The notes: generated from the letters alone by a model not told the origin. DNA of 64,000 nt from Akkermansia sp. (GCA_051884295.1 JBJEVK010000048.1:3820-67819); one strand, 5' to 3'. Shown: positions 39,190 through 48,277, counted from the first letter of the stretch. Numbers and translations are program-made.

Positions 39190-39218
39190 TTGCCGCGCCG
39201 AGTGCCGCATGCTACATT
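39190..39218 (+). promoter_or_regulatory. Sigma70-like promoter for nrdD
   Basis: TTGCCG-17-TACATT with TGn; a second candidate TTGTTC-16-TATAGT at 39130-39157 overlaps NrdR box 2. Confidence 0.5.
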
Positions 39219-39351
39219 GAGCACGTTCCTGCTCGTTTCGGAGCAGTCGGAGACCCCCGTGTGCCTGCCTCGTGTTGCCCCTTGCGGCAATGCCCGTGTC
39301 CGGCGCGCGCCGTGTTCCCAAACCCGTTTCCATCAACCTTACTACATCGCC

Positions 39352-41469
39352 ATGCCGGAAATCATCAAACGCAACGGAAAACGTGAGCGCTTCGAGGCCT
39401 ACAAAGTGCAGCAGGCCATCGAGAAGGCTTACCACTCCACCCATGAGGACTACAACCCCCTCGTCTACGCCAACGTGCTCGATGCGCTGGCGAAGGAGGA
39501 GTACCTGCCCGTCGAAAAGGTGCAGGACATCATCGAAAAGGAGCTCATGAAGGCGGGTTCGTTTGAGACGGCGCGCAGCTTCATCAAGTACCGCTTCCTG
39601 CACAAATTGCAGCGCGAGCAGATTGCCGGCATGTACCAGGGCAACACCTGGGTGGACTGCAAGCAAACCATCGAGGAATACATCGGCAACACCGACTGGC
39701 GCATCAAGGCCAACTCCAACACCACCTACTCCAACGCCGGGCTGGTCAACAACACGGCGGGCAAGGTGATTGCCAACTACTGGCTCGACCAAGTCTACTC
39801 GCCCGAGGAGGGCGCTGCCCACCGCAACGGCGACTACCACATCCACGATCTCGACTGCCTGACCGGCTACTGCGCGGGCTGGAGCCTGCGCAACCTGCTC
39901 AACGAGGGCTTCAACGGCGTGCGCAGCCGCGTCAACAGCCGCCCGCCCAAGCACTTCCGCGAGGCGCTGGGGCAGATGGCCAACTTCCTGGGCATTCTGC
40001 AGAGCGAGTGGGCCGGCGCGCAGGCCTTCTCCTCCTTCGACACCTACCTCTCCCCCTACCTCTTCAAGGATCAGCTCTCCTTTGACGATGTCAAGAAAGC
40101 CCTGCGCAGCTTCGTGTACAACCTCAACGTGCCGAGCCGCTGGGGACAGAGCCCCTTCACCAACGTCACCATCGACTGGACCGTGCCGCGCGACCTGCGC
40201 GAGCAGACCCCCTACAGCGGCGGGGCGCACATCTTCGAGGGGCTGCATGACGAGCATTTGCTGGCGCTGGCCAAGGAGCGCGGGGTGGAGGAGCTGACGG
40301 AGCTGACCTACAAGCACTTCCAGCCCGAGATGAAGGTGATTCAGCGCGCCTTCTACGAGGTGCTGACCGAGGGCGACAGCACCGGGCAGCCCTTCACCTT
40401 CCCCATCCCCACCGTCAACATCACCGAGGACTTCGATTGGGAGGGGGAGAACGTGCCGCTGCTCTTCGAGAACGCCGCCAAGATCGGCTCCTCGTACTTC
40501 CAGAACTTCATCGGCTCGCAGTATACCTACGACGAGAACGGCAACAAAATCATCGACGAAGCCGCCTACAAGCCCGACGCCGTGCGCTCCATGTGCTGCC
40601 GCCTGCAGCTCGACCTGCGCGAGCTGCTCAAGCGCGGCGGCGGCCTCTTCGGCTCGGCGGAGATGACGGGCTCCATCGGCGTGGTCACCATCAACATGGC
40701 GCGCCTGGGCTACCTCTACAAGGGCAACCGCAACCTGCTCTACAGCAAATTGGGCGAACTGATGGATCTGGCCAAGAGCACGCTGGAGAAAAAGCGCGTG
40801 TTCATCAACAAGCTCTACGAGCGCGGTCTCTACCCCTACACCAAGCGCTACCTGCCGCACCTGCGCAACCACTTCTCCACCATCGGCCTCAACGGCATCA
40901 ACGAGATGCTGCGCAACTTCTCCGGCGACACCATGAACACCGCCACGCCCGAGGGCATCGCCTTTGCCGAGGATGTGCTGCACTACATGCGCGAGCGCAT
41001 CCGCGGCTACCAGGAGGAGACCGGCAACCTCTACAACCTGGAGGCCACGCCGGCCGAGGGCACCACGCACCGCTTCGCCCGCGAGGACCTCAAGCGCTAC
41101 CCCGACATCATCCAGTCCGGCTCGCCGGGGCACCGCTACTACACCAACAGCTCGCAGCTGCCCGCCGGCTACACCCACGACCTCTTCAAGGCGCTCAAGA
41201 TGCAGGACAAGCTGCAGTGCTGCTACACGGGCGGCACCGTCTTCCACATGTACATGAGCGAGGCCATCTCCTCGCCCGAAGCCTGCCGCGACATCGTGCG
41301 CAAGGTGCTGACCAACTTCAAGATGCCCTACATCACCGTCACGCCGCTCTTCTCCGTCTGCGAGAAGCACGGCTACCTCAAGGGGCGGCACGACTACTGC
41401 CCGCTCTGCGACGCCGAACTGTTGGAAAAAGCCCGCCGCGAGGAGCAGCCCCAGCTGCCGCTCTTCTGA
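39352..41469 (+). CDS. nrdD: Class III anaerobic ribonucleoside-triphosphate reductase, large part (ATP cone to Zn ribbon)
   Basis: IIKRNGKRERFE ATP cone, HIHDL, GYCAGWS, SMCCRL, EATPAE, CEKHG...CPLC; the glycyl-radical motif is absent. Confidence 0.93.
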   Translation: MPEIIKRNGKRERFEAYKVQQAIEKAYHSTHEDYNPLVYANVLDALAKEEYLPVEKVQDIIEKELMKAGSFETARSFIKYRFLHKLQREQIAGMYQGNTWVDCKQTIEEYIGNTDWRIKANSNTTYSNAGLVNNTAGKVIANYWLDQVYSPEEGAAHRNGDYHIHDLDCLTGYCAGWSLRNLLNEGFNGVRSRVNSRPPKHFREALGQMANFLGILQSEWAGAQAFSSFDTYLSPYLFKDQLSFDDVKKALRSFVYNLNVPSRWGQSPFTNVTIDWTVPRDLREQTPYSGGAHIFEGLHDEHLLALAKERGVEELTELTYKHFQPEMKVIQRAFYEVLTEGDSTGQPFTFPIPTVNITEDFDWEGENVPLLFENAAKIGSSYFQNFIGSQYTYDENGNKIIDEAAYKPDAVRSMCCRLQLDLRELLKRGGGLFGSAEMTGSIGVVTINMARLGYLYKGNRNLLYSKLGELMDLAKSTLEKKRVFINKLYERGLYPYTKRYLPHLRNHFSTIGLNGINEMLRNFSGDTMNTATPEGIAFAEDVLHYMRERIRGYQEETGNLYNLEATPAEGTTHRFAREDLKRYPDIIQSGSPGHRYYTNSSQLPAGYTHDLFKALKMQDKLQCCYTGGTVFHMYMSEAISSPEACRDIVRKVLTNFKMPYITVTPLFSVCEKHGYLKGRHDYCPLCDAELLEKARREEQPQLPLF

Positions 41470-41526
41470 CAGAGAGCCGGTAGCGTCAATTGCCACCATC
41501 TTACATTCAACCCACATATCCACACC

Positions 41527-41736
41527 ATGAATCCCGAAATCCAAGGAGTCGTCAAGACCGATGAAGAGCTGCTGCAGGAGCACGCAGCCGAGCGCACCAA
41601 GTGCACCGTCTACACCCGCGTGATGGGCTACCACCGCCCGGTGGAAACCTTCAACGCCGGCAAACAGGGCGAGTTTGAAGAGCGCGAGCACTTCGAAGAG
41701 CCCTGCGGCTGCGGCTGCGATGCCATCCTCAAGTAA
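41527..41736 (+). CDS. Stand-alone NrdD C-terminal glycyl-radical domain
   Basis: RTKCTVYTRVMGYHRPVETFNAGKQGEF. Confidence 0.88.
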   Translation: MNPEIQGVVKTDEELLQEHAAERTKCTVYTRVMGYHRPVETFNAGKQGEFEEREHFEEPCGCGCDAILK

Positions 41737-41762
41737 GAGGGGCCGCCTTGCGCGTCATCTCG

Positions 41763-41796
41763 CGGCGTTTGCTGCCCGCCGCGGCAGCAAACGCCG
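41763..41796 (+). other. 14-bp perfect hairpin between the small nrdD ORF and nrdG
   Basis: CGGCGTTTGCTGCC-cgccgc-GGCAGCAAACGCCG. Confidence 0.7.
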
Positions 41797-41808
41797 AATT
41801 TTCCCGCT

Positions 41809-42516
41809 ATGGTGCACCCCATTGACATCACCCCGCTGACCTTCCTCGACTACCCGAAGAAGGCCGCCTGCATCCTGTGGTACACGGGCTGCAACCTGCG
41901 CTGCCCCTACTGCTACAACCCCGAGCTCGTGCTGGGGCACGGCGGGGGGCAGGACGAAATGTCCTTCCTGCGCGAGCGGGCGGGCTTTCTGGATGCCGTG
42001 GTGCTCAGCGGGGGCGAGTGCACCCTCAACCCCGACATCGCGGAACTCTGCCGCGCCATCAAGCGCGAAACAGGGCTGCTCATCAAGATCGACACCAACG
42101 GCTCCAACCCGCAGGTCGTCCGCGCCCTGGCCGAGGAGCAGCTCATCGACTACGTGGCGCTGGACAACAAAATGCCCGGCAACCGCAGCTGGCACCTGCC
42201 CGGCGGCGCTCTCCTCTTCGACCGCTTCCGCGCCACCCTCAAGGTGCTGCAGCACTACGCCCTGCCGCACGAAGTGCGCACCACCGTCCACCCCGGCCTG
42301 CTGGACGAGGCCGACATTCTCCGCATGATTCGCGAGACCAAGTCCTTCGGCTACACGGGCAACTACTACCTGCAATTCTTCTTCGATGCCGGCAAGGGCA
42401 AAACCCTGGGCAATCTGCCGCCCCCCTCGCGCCGCTACGACCGCGGCCTGCTCGACGACATGAGCCCCTTGCCCATCGTCTACCGCAACTTCCCCGAGGA
42501 TCGCTACCGCTATTAA
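41809..42516 (+). CDS. nrdG: Anaerobic RNR activating radical SAM protein
   Basis: GCNLRCPYCYN, VVLSGGE, IKIDTNGS, EVRTT; adjacent to nrdD. Confidence 0.93.
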   Translation: MVHPIDITPLTFLDYPKKAACILWYTGCNLRCPYCYNPELVLGHGGGQDEMSFLRERAGFLDAVVLSGGECTLNPDIAELCRAIKRETGLLIKIDTNGSNPQVVRALAEEQLIDYVALDNKMPGNRSWHLPGGALLFDRFRATLKVLQHYALPHEVRTTVHPGLLDEADILRMIRETKSFGYTGNYYLQFFFDAGKGKTLGNLPPPSRRYDRGLLDDMSPLPIVYRNFPEDRYRY

Positions 42517-42640
42517 CGGCGGCTCCCTCTTGCCTCAGCCTTGCGAGAGCGCCTCGTTATCCGTTGATCAGGCGCCCTATCAGCTCGCCCGCTCTCGGGG
42601 TGAGCGTCCACCGTTGGATGAGCTCGTTCACAGGCGCAGC

Positions 42641-42817
42641 TACAGCCTTGTTCATGCTGTGTCAAGGTGGAATCGTGTATCATTTTGTAAAAATGTTAGC
42701 GTTGAATGCTTTGCGGTGAACAGGCATGGGACGGCAGCTTGCGTGCGTCGAGCTGTTCAAGCTGACTTAGTGATTGATTTTCAATGAACTCATCAACACA
42801 GCATGAACAATGCTGTA
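42641..42817. promoter_or_regulatory. Putative invertible promoter segment B
   Basis: 21/22-bp inverted repeat TACAGCCTTGTTCATGCTGTGT (42641-42662) / ACACAGCATGAACAATGCTGTA (42796-42817) around 133 bp. Confidence 0.75.
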
Positions 42818-42886
42818 TACGTGAGTTGTCAGCCGATGGAGTTCCTGCTCCGATGAGGCGATGACATTCTCACCCCAATTAAGGCT

Positions 42887-45800
42887 ATGAAACTCCATTT
42901 ACCTAAACTGTTGTTGCTGTCATTGTTGAGTATTTACGCCGATGCGGCCACTGCAAATAAGCTTGTTGTTCCCTCCGCAATCATCTCGGTTGAGGCCGAT
43001 CAACAAAAAACTCTCTCCTCCGATGAGGCGCCCGGCTCATTTTACACCTTGGCAAAGGATGGCAGCGGAACCCTCACGGTGACAGGAGACGTGACGCGAA
43101 ACGGCGCTTTATATGTGCGCGAGGGAACGGTTCTCGTCGGAGACGGGGGACAGACGACAAGCAATCTGAAGCTGAAACCGTCCGGTTCGGGATCTACCGG
43201 CCGTTACACAGCGCTGGGCGTTGCCGGCCGGGATGCCCTGATGATTTTTGATGGCGGAAACTATACGTCCGGCACCGAATCCGCGCACTATGTCGGCGGG
43301 TTGGATGGCAACGGGCGCTTGGAGATTCGCAATGGTTCGACCGTTGATATGGGATCCGGTTTGCGGTTTTCCATCGGTGATCACTCCTTGGAGTATGTCG
43401 AGTCACGGGCGGAAAGCAATGGGGGTTATTGGTCCACCATGAATGATCTGACCACGGCCGGAGTCGGCGATGAGAAAATTCTCGAGAACCGCTATGTCGG
43501 CACCTATAGTCAGGCGGAGAACGGGAGCGGGCAGACCTTCGGCCGAGGGGATATCGTGGTCAGCGGTGGATCCACCTTCACGGTAAGCTGCGGAGATTTC
43601 TTGATGTCGGAAGCTTCACTGACCGCTGAGGGCGCCGGCACCATGGTGCAGATCCAAGGAGCCGCCGATTTGGGTAAGGGCGAAAACTCGACCAGCCGCA
43701 TTGCGGTGCTTGGCGGAGCCACTATGGAGTTTAATCTCAAGGGTTTCGATGCGAACACTGGCGTGAGCTCTTCATTCTACCTCACGATTCAGGGGGAGGG
43801 GTCGGTGATGAGACATGTGTCCGGAGACTACAAAGCTGAGTTTGGTAGGTTTTTGCATTCTACTTCCGTTATCGAGGTGTGCGAGGGCGGGAAGCTGCTT
43901 CTGGAGAATGTGATGTCACGGTTCGGCCTCTATTCCGACATAGGTTCACGTGTCTCGCTTTCTGTGGATGCTCTATCTCAGATGACAGCCAGTGATATGG
44001 AGGTGGGCTACGGGGCGGTGGTTGACAACAAGGGGCAAATGACGGTGCAGAGCCTCATCCAAACAGCCGGGCAGATCACCAACAGCGGTACGATGGAGAT
44101 TCTCGGAACCCTTTCCGTGAAGGAGAATGGCAAGCTGACGGTGTCGGAATCCGGTATCCTGAAGGTGGCCGGAGCGCTGACAAACGCGGGAACGATTCAA
44201 CTGTACGGACAGAGTGAGCTCGCAGGCACATTGACGAATAGCGGTACACTGCAACTATACAAGGGGTTGGATGCCTCCTCTCTGGATGGTGATGGCGAAA
44301 CCGAGATTTGCATCAACCGTGGCACACGCGATTTCATCGGCACCGGGTCGGCGGTGCTTTCGCTCAATACTCTGTCGGATGACCAAACGGTGAGCGTCAC
44401 CATTGACCTGAAAGATCCGTTAAGCCTCATCGGCAAGAGGTATGACTTTTTGGAGGTCGGCGGGGTGAAGAAAGCCCTTAACTGCAACGACATCAAAGCT
44501 GAGCATGCTGAGAATGCCACCTTTGACTGGGATAATTATAATGGGCTGCTGTCCTACGACGGCGGCAAGCTCGGCATGGGGTCCACCGACTTTGACAGCG
44601 CTACCAATACCCTGACCAACTGCGGCTTCAAATACTGGGTGGATGCGGTGAATCAAAAAAACATCGGCGGCGTGAACTACGCCCCCGGGATGGGGTATAT
44701 TGACATCGGAAACACCCCCGACGGTGAATATCGCTATGTGACCATTCCTTCGACCGATGGGAGCGGAAGCGTCATGAGCGTCTTCTCCCAAAATGTCAGC
44801 GCGGCGGGCGAGTACACCTGCGCTCTCGTCTTCGCGGGCATGGAGCAAAGTGACGGCACCTATACACCCGTGCAAGTCAACGGCACCATCCTCCTGCTCA
44901 ACCGGGAAACCACCCTGAGCGGCGACCCCAACAAGGAGTCCGTATTCGGTTTCGGTTTCGAGAGTGCGGGGAATGCGATTGGCACAAACGGTCTGCAGAA
45001 AGGCATGATCGACATTGCTCTGGTCAAGGATTCGGTGACCATGAAAGACCTGACGATGAATGTCGGCCAGCGTCTCGAAGTGGACGCCGGACAGTCGCTG
45101 ACGCTCACCAACACCATCCTCAACATCGGCGGCGGCGATGCCAAGGATTTGTCGACCATCACCGTCGGCGGTGCAACCCACCAACTGGGGAGCAGCGATG
45201 TTCTGAAGCTCGACAGCCAAAAAACGACCATCGCCGACGGCGCCACGCTGAAGCTGACGAACAGCACGCTGGCGGGCACCAAGCTGACGAACGGCAGCGG
45301 TGATATTCAGGTGGGCGCCGCCACCATCACCCTGAAGGACAGTAAGCTGGGCAGCAGCGATGCTGCGGCCATGAGCATCACGCTCACCGACAGCAGAGTC
45401 TCCGGCACGGGCTCGATGCACAAGGTGAGCATGAACGGCGGCAGCCTGACCATCGGCAACTCCCCCGGGCAGATGAGCATCGAGGGCGTGAGCGCCACCA
45501 ACAGCTCATGGTCTTTCTACTTCATCACCGATGCCCCGACCTGGAACCCGACCGGAGCCAACGACACGACGAACCCAACGACCGGCGCCTTCTCCCAGCT
45601 CAAGGCTCTGAGTGGCAACAGCGCCTCGGGCATCACCGTGAGCATCGTCTACGAAGATGCCTCCGGCGCGGCCAAGAGCAAGGAGGATTTTACCGCCACC
45701 CTCGGCGCGGGCTTCAGCGTCAAGCTCATTGACGGGGTGGAGAATTTGACGTTCAGCGGCAACAATGTCGTGGACAGAAACAGCCTGCCGACCCTGCGGG

Positions 45801-46831
45801 AGGGGCTGTTCTGGGACACCGACAGCCTCTTCCGCACCGGCTGCCTCTATGTCATCTCCCACGCCGACATCATGGTGGCCGATGCGGGGCGCCTGGCCAA
45901 CACCCTGGTGAGCGCGGCGGACACCACGGTGTTCTTCGGGCGCATGGCGCGCGAGCACTACAAGGATGCGCGCCGCCAGCGCGCCAATGTGTGGGCGGGC
46001 GGCTTCGGCACCTACCTCAACCACGCCGACGCGGGCGGCCGCAGCGGCTTTGAGTACAACACCCACGGCTACGCCATCGGCGCCGACACGGAACTCGCGG
46101 AGGGGCTGGTCGCGGGGCTGGGGCTCGGGCAGAGCTTCGGTAAGCACAAGCCCAACCGGGGCGATGCCTTCTACAACGCGGGCGAGATTGACCAGGACGG
46201 ACTGCTGGCCGCGCTCTACGCCGCCAAGGCCTTTGCCTGCGCCAAGAGCGATAACGAGCTACTGCTGGACGGCTATGTGGCCTACGGTCGCTACGACAAC
46301 AGCAGCACGCGCCGCAGCCTGTCCAACGGCAGCACGGCCCGGGCAGATTGGAAGGAGAATACGCTGGCGGCGGGCGCCACGCTGACGCGCCTCATCAAGC
46401 TGCAGGGCGGCGCGGAGCTGACCCCCTTTGTGGGGGCGGAATACCGTTGGGCAGACATGGAGGACGCGACGGAGCACAACCACTCGAGCATGCGCTACGA
46501 GGGCTCGGCCTACCAAAACCTGTCGCTGAGCGTGGGCATCGGCTGCCGCAAGAGCTACGCGCTGACGGCGGTGCAGAAGCTGACGCCCTATGCGAGCGTG
46601 GCCTATGTGGGCGATGCGCTGCGCGAGGACGGCGAGGTGACGGCGCACGGCTCTGCGGGCGAGGTGCTGCGCGAGAAGTCGGCGGCGCACGGGCGCCACG
46701 CGCTGCAGCTGAATGCGGGAGCGCTGTGGCAAATCACGGACGAGTGGGCAGCGCGCGCGGGCTACACGGGCGAGCTGCGCGAGGGCGCGGATGACCACAA
46801 CGTGAACCTGAGCGCCACCTACAGCTTCTGA
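42887..46831 (+). CDS. Autotransporter (type Va) with beta-helix passenger
   Basis: MKLHLPKLL signal, LAKDGSGTLTVTG passenger repeat, C-terminal barrel (NVWAGGFG...NLSATYSF). Confidence 0.9.
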   Translation: MKLHLPKLLLLSLLSIYADAATANKLVVPSAIISVEADQQKTLSSDEAPGSFYTLAKDGSGTLTVTGDVTRNGALYVREGTVLVGDGGQTTSNLKLKPSGSGSTGRYTALGVAGRDALMIFDGGNYTSGTESAHYVGGLDGNGRLEIRNGSTVDMGSGLRFSIGDHSLEYVESRAESNGGYWSTMNDLTTAGVGDEKILENRYVGTYSQAENGSGQTFGRGDIVVSGGSTFTVSCGDFLMSEASLTAEGAGTMVQIQGAADLGKGENSTSRIAVLGGATMEFNLKGFDANTGVSSSFYLTIQGEGSVMRHVSGDYKAEFGRFLHSTSVIEVCEGGKLLLENVMSRFGLYSDIGSRVSLSVDALSQMTASDMEVGYGAVVDNKGQMTVQSLIQTAGQITNSGTMEILGTLSVKENGKLTVSESGILKVAGALTNAGTIQLYGQSELAGTLTNSGTLQLYKGLDASSLDGDGETEICINRGTRDFIGTGSAVLSLNTLSDDQTVSVTIDLKDPLSLIGKRYDFLEVGGVKKALNCNDIKAEHAENATFDWDNYNGLLSYDGGKLGMGSTDFDSATNTLTNCGFKYWVDAVNQKNIGGVNYAPGMGYIDIGNTPDGEYRYVTIPSTDGSGSVMSVFSQNVSAAGEYTCALVFAGMEQSDGTYTPVQVNGTILLLNRETTLSGDPNKESVFGFGFESAGNAIGTNGLQKGMIDIALVKDSVTMKDLTMNVGQRLEVDAGQSLTLTNTILNIGGGDAKDLSTITVGGATHQLGSSDVLKLDSQKTTIADGATLKLTNSTLAGTKLTNGSGDIQVGAATITLKDSKLGSSDAAAMSITLTDSRVSGTGSMHKVSMNGGSLTIGNSPGQMSIEGVSATNSSWSFYFITDAPTWNPTGANDTTNPTTGAFSQLKALSGNSASGITVSIVYEDASGAAKSKEDFTATLGAGFSVKLIDGVENLTFSGNNVVDRNSLPTLREGLFWDTDSLFRTGCLYVISHADIMVADAGRLANTLVSAADTTVFFGRMAREHYKDARRQRANVWAGGFGTYLNHADAGGRSGFEYNTHGYAIGADTELAEGLVAGLGLGQSFGKHKPNRGDAFYNAGEIDQDGLLAALYAAKAFACAKSDNELLLDGYVAYGRYDNSSTRRSLSNGSTARADWKENTLAAGATLTRLIKLQGGAELTPFVGAEYRWADMEDATEHNHSSMRYEGSAYQNLSLSVGIGCRKSYALTAVQKLTPYASVAYVGDALREDGEVTAHGSAGEVLREKSAAHGRHALQLNAGALWQITDEWAARAGYTGELREGADDHNVNLSATYSF

Positions 46832-46859
46832 GGCATCGGCTCCGCTTCGGAACATCAGC

Positions 46860-46892
46860 CCCCGCAGCTGCTTCGGCAGCTGCGGGGTTTTT
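46860..46892 (+). terminator. Rho-independent terminator of the autotransporter
   Basis: CCCCGCAGCTGC-TTCG-GCAGCTGCGGGG-TTTTT. Confidence 0.9.
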
Positions 46893-47211
46893 GCTCGAAT
46901 TCCTCAGCTCTCTGAGCGAGTCTCATTTGGGTGTTTACAGAAACAAAAAAACAGGTTTTCGGGTGGCCGTGCCGGAGGCAGCTCATCCGCTGACCGATGG
47001 GAGGGCTATGTGAAGGGGCCATACTGGACATCCGGTCATGTATTCACAACGGAATGTCCGGAGTCTTTTTCTCGGGAGTAAGAATTCGTTGGGCGCATCA
47101 CTCCGGAGGAGCGTTTAGCTCATCTTCCGACATGTCGATAGGATGCCTTGTTCGTCTCAGAACGACGATTGCTACGTGGAAAATCGTCAGGGGGCTTGCT
47201 GCCGGGGTATG

Positions 47212-47249
47212 CAAAGGGGGAAGCGCCGTTTGCGGCGCTTCCCCCTTTG
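47212..47249 (-). terminator. 17-bp perfect hairpin terminator after the OMP-like gene
   Basis: CAAAGGGGGAAGCGCCG/CGGCGCTTCCCCCTTTG. Confidence 0.8.
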
Positions 47250-47270
47250 TTGCGCGTTGTGCGGCGGTGA

Positions 47271-48227
47271 TCAGAAGCGGATGCCCAGATCGATGCCGAA
47301 GGTGAAGAGGAAGTGGTCGACGATGCCGGAATCGTAGGCACGCTCGATCTTGCGGGAATTGCAGCCCGACCAGGAGCAGCTGCCCCAGGGGGTGATGTAG
47401 AAGCGCCCGTCGCGACCGACGCTGCCGCCGTGCGTGTAGAGCGGCAAAGCCACGCGGATGCGATAGGCATCGATGCCCTCCACACCGGCGCCCCAGTAGC
47501 CCAGCGAGGGGGCAATGCCCGCCGAAATCTCCACGTCCGAGCCGATGACGGGTCCGTTGAGCACGTTGGTGAGGCGGTAGCCCAGTTCGGCATCAAAGTA
47601 GCTGCCTGTGAGCCCTTGGAAGCCCCAGCCCCAGAGCGCGTGGCCGAAGAAGCCGCGCTGGCGGTCGTTGTAGGACAGGCGCAGGTTGAAATCCTGTGCC
47701 AGGCGATGCGGGCAGTCGCCGCTCGCATGGGCGAGGAAGCCCTCCGCGCCGCCGTGGCGCAGGCTGTAGCCGACCTCGGCCAGCAGGTTCGGGAACAGTT
47801 CCTTGCCGATGGCGTAGTCGAAGCGCACGAGGGGGGTGTCACCAAAGAGATCCTTCGTGTCCCAGATGTAGCCGTATTCGCCGCCGATGCGCTGCTGAAT
47901 GCCGAGACCGAACAGATTGCGGTTCGGCAGGGTCCACGAGCCGCTCAGCGAGGAAAAGCCGTGGTGCGTGAACATGTCGGTGAAGCCCATGCCGCGCACC
48001 GTGTAGTTGGAGCTGTAGGCATTGAGGTTGACATAGCTCACGCGGTCGGAGGAGGATGGGGTCACGGGGGCGGTGTAGGGCACAGCCGGGGCTTGGTAGC
48101 CGCTGTTGTAGCTCGCATCGTAGCTGATGCTGTCGTAGCTGATATCGCCGGAGGGGATGGCGGGGGCGAGTTCGGTTGCTGCGAGCGGCAGCGCGGCAAG
48201 GCTCAGAAGGCAGGGGGTGAGGCGCAT
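47271..48227 (-). CDS. Hypothetical secreted protein, probable outer-membrane beta-barrel
   Basis: Signal peptide MRLTPCLLSLAALPLAA; G/Y/F-rich alternating strands; ends FTFGIDLGIRF. Confidence 0.65.
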   Translation of the reverse strand: MRLTPCLLSLAALPLAATELAPAIPSGDISYDSISYDASYNSGYQAPAVPYTAPVTPSSSDRVSYVNLNAYSSNYTVRGMGFTDMFTHHGFSSLSGSWTLPNRNLFGLGIQQRIGGEYGYIWDTKDLFGDTPLVRFDYAIGKELFPNLLAEVGYSLRHGGAEGFLAHASGDCPHRLAQDFNLRLSYNDRQRGFFGHALWGWGFQGLTGSYFDAELGYRLTNVLNGPVIGSDVEISAGIAPSLGYWGAGVEGIDAYRIRVALPLYTHGGSVGRDGRFYITPWGSCSWSGCNSRKIERAYDSGIVDHFLFTFGIDLGIRF

Positions 48228-48277
48228 GGGATGATGATAGCGTTTGTGGTGAAAAATGCAAGATGAAAGTATGGGCT

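Noticed and set aside
39225-39351. Possible cobalamin riboswitch in the nrdD leader
   Set aside because: Two small hairpins are present, but the conserved GGGAA, AAnnCC, ACTG and B12-box elements were not found.
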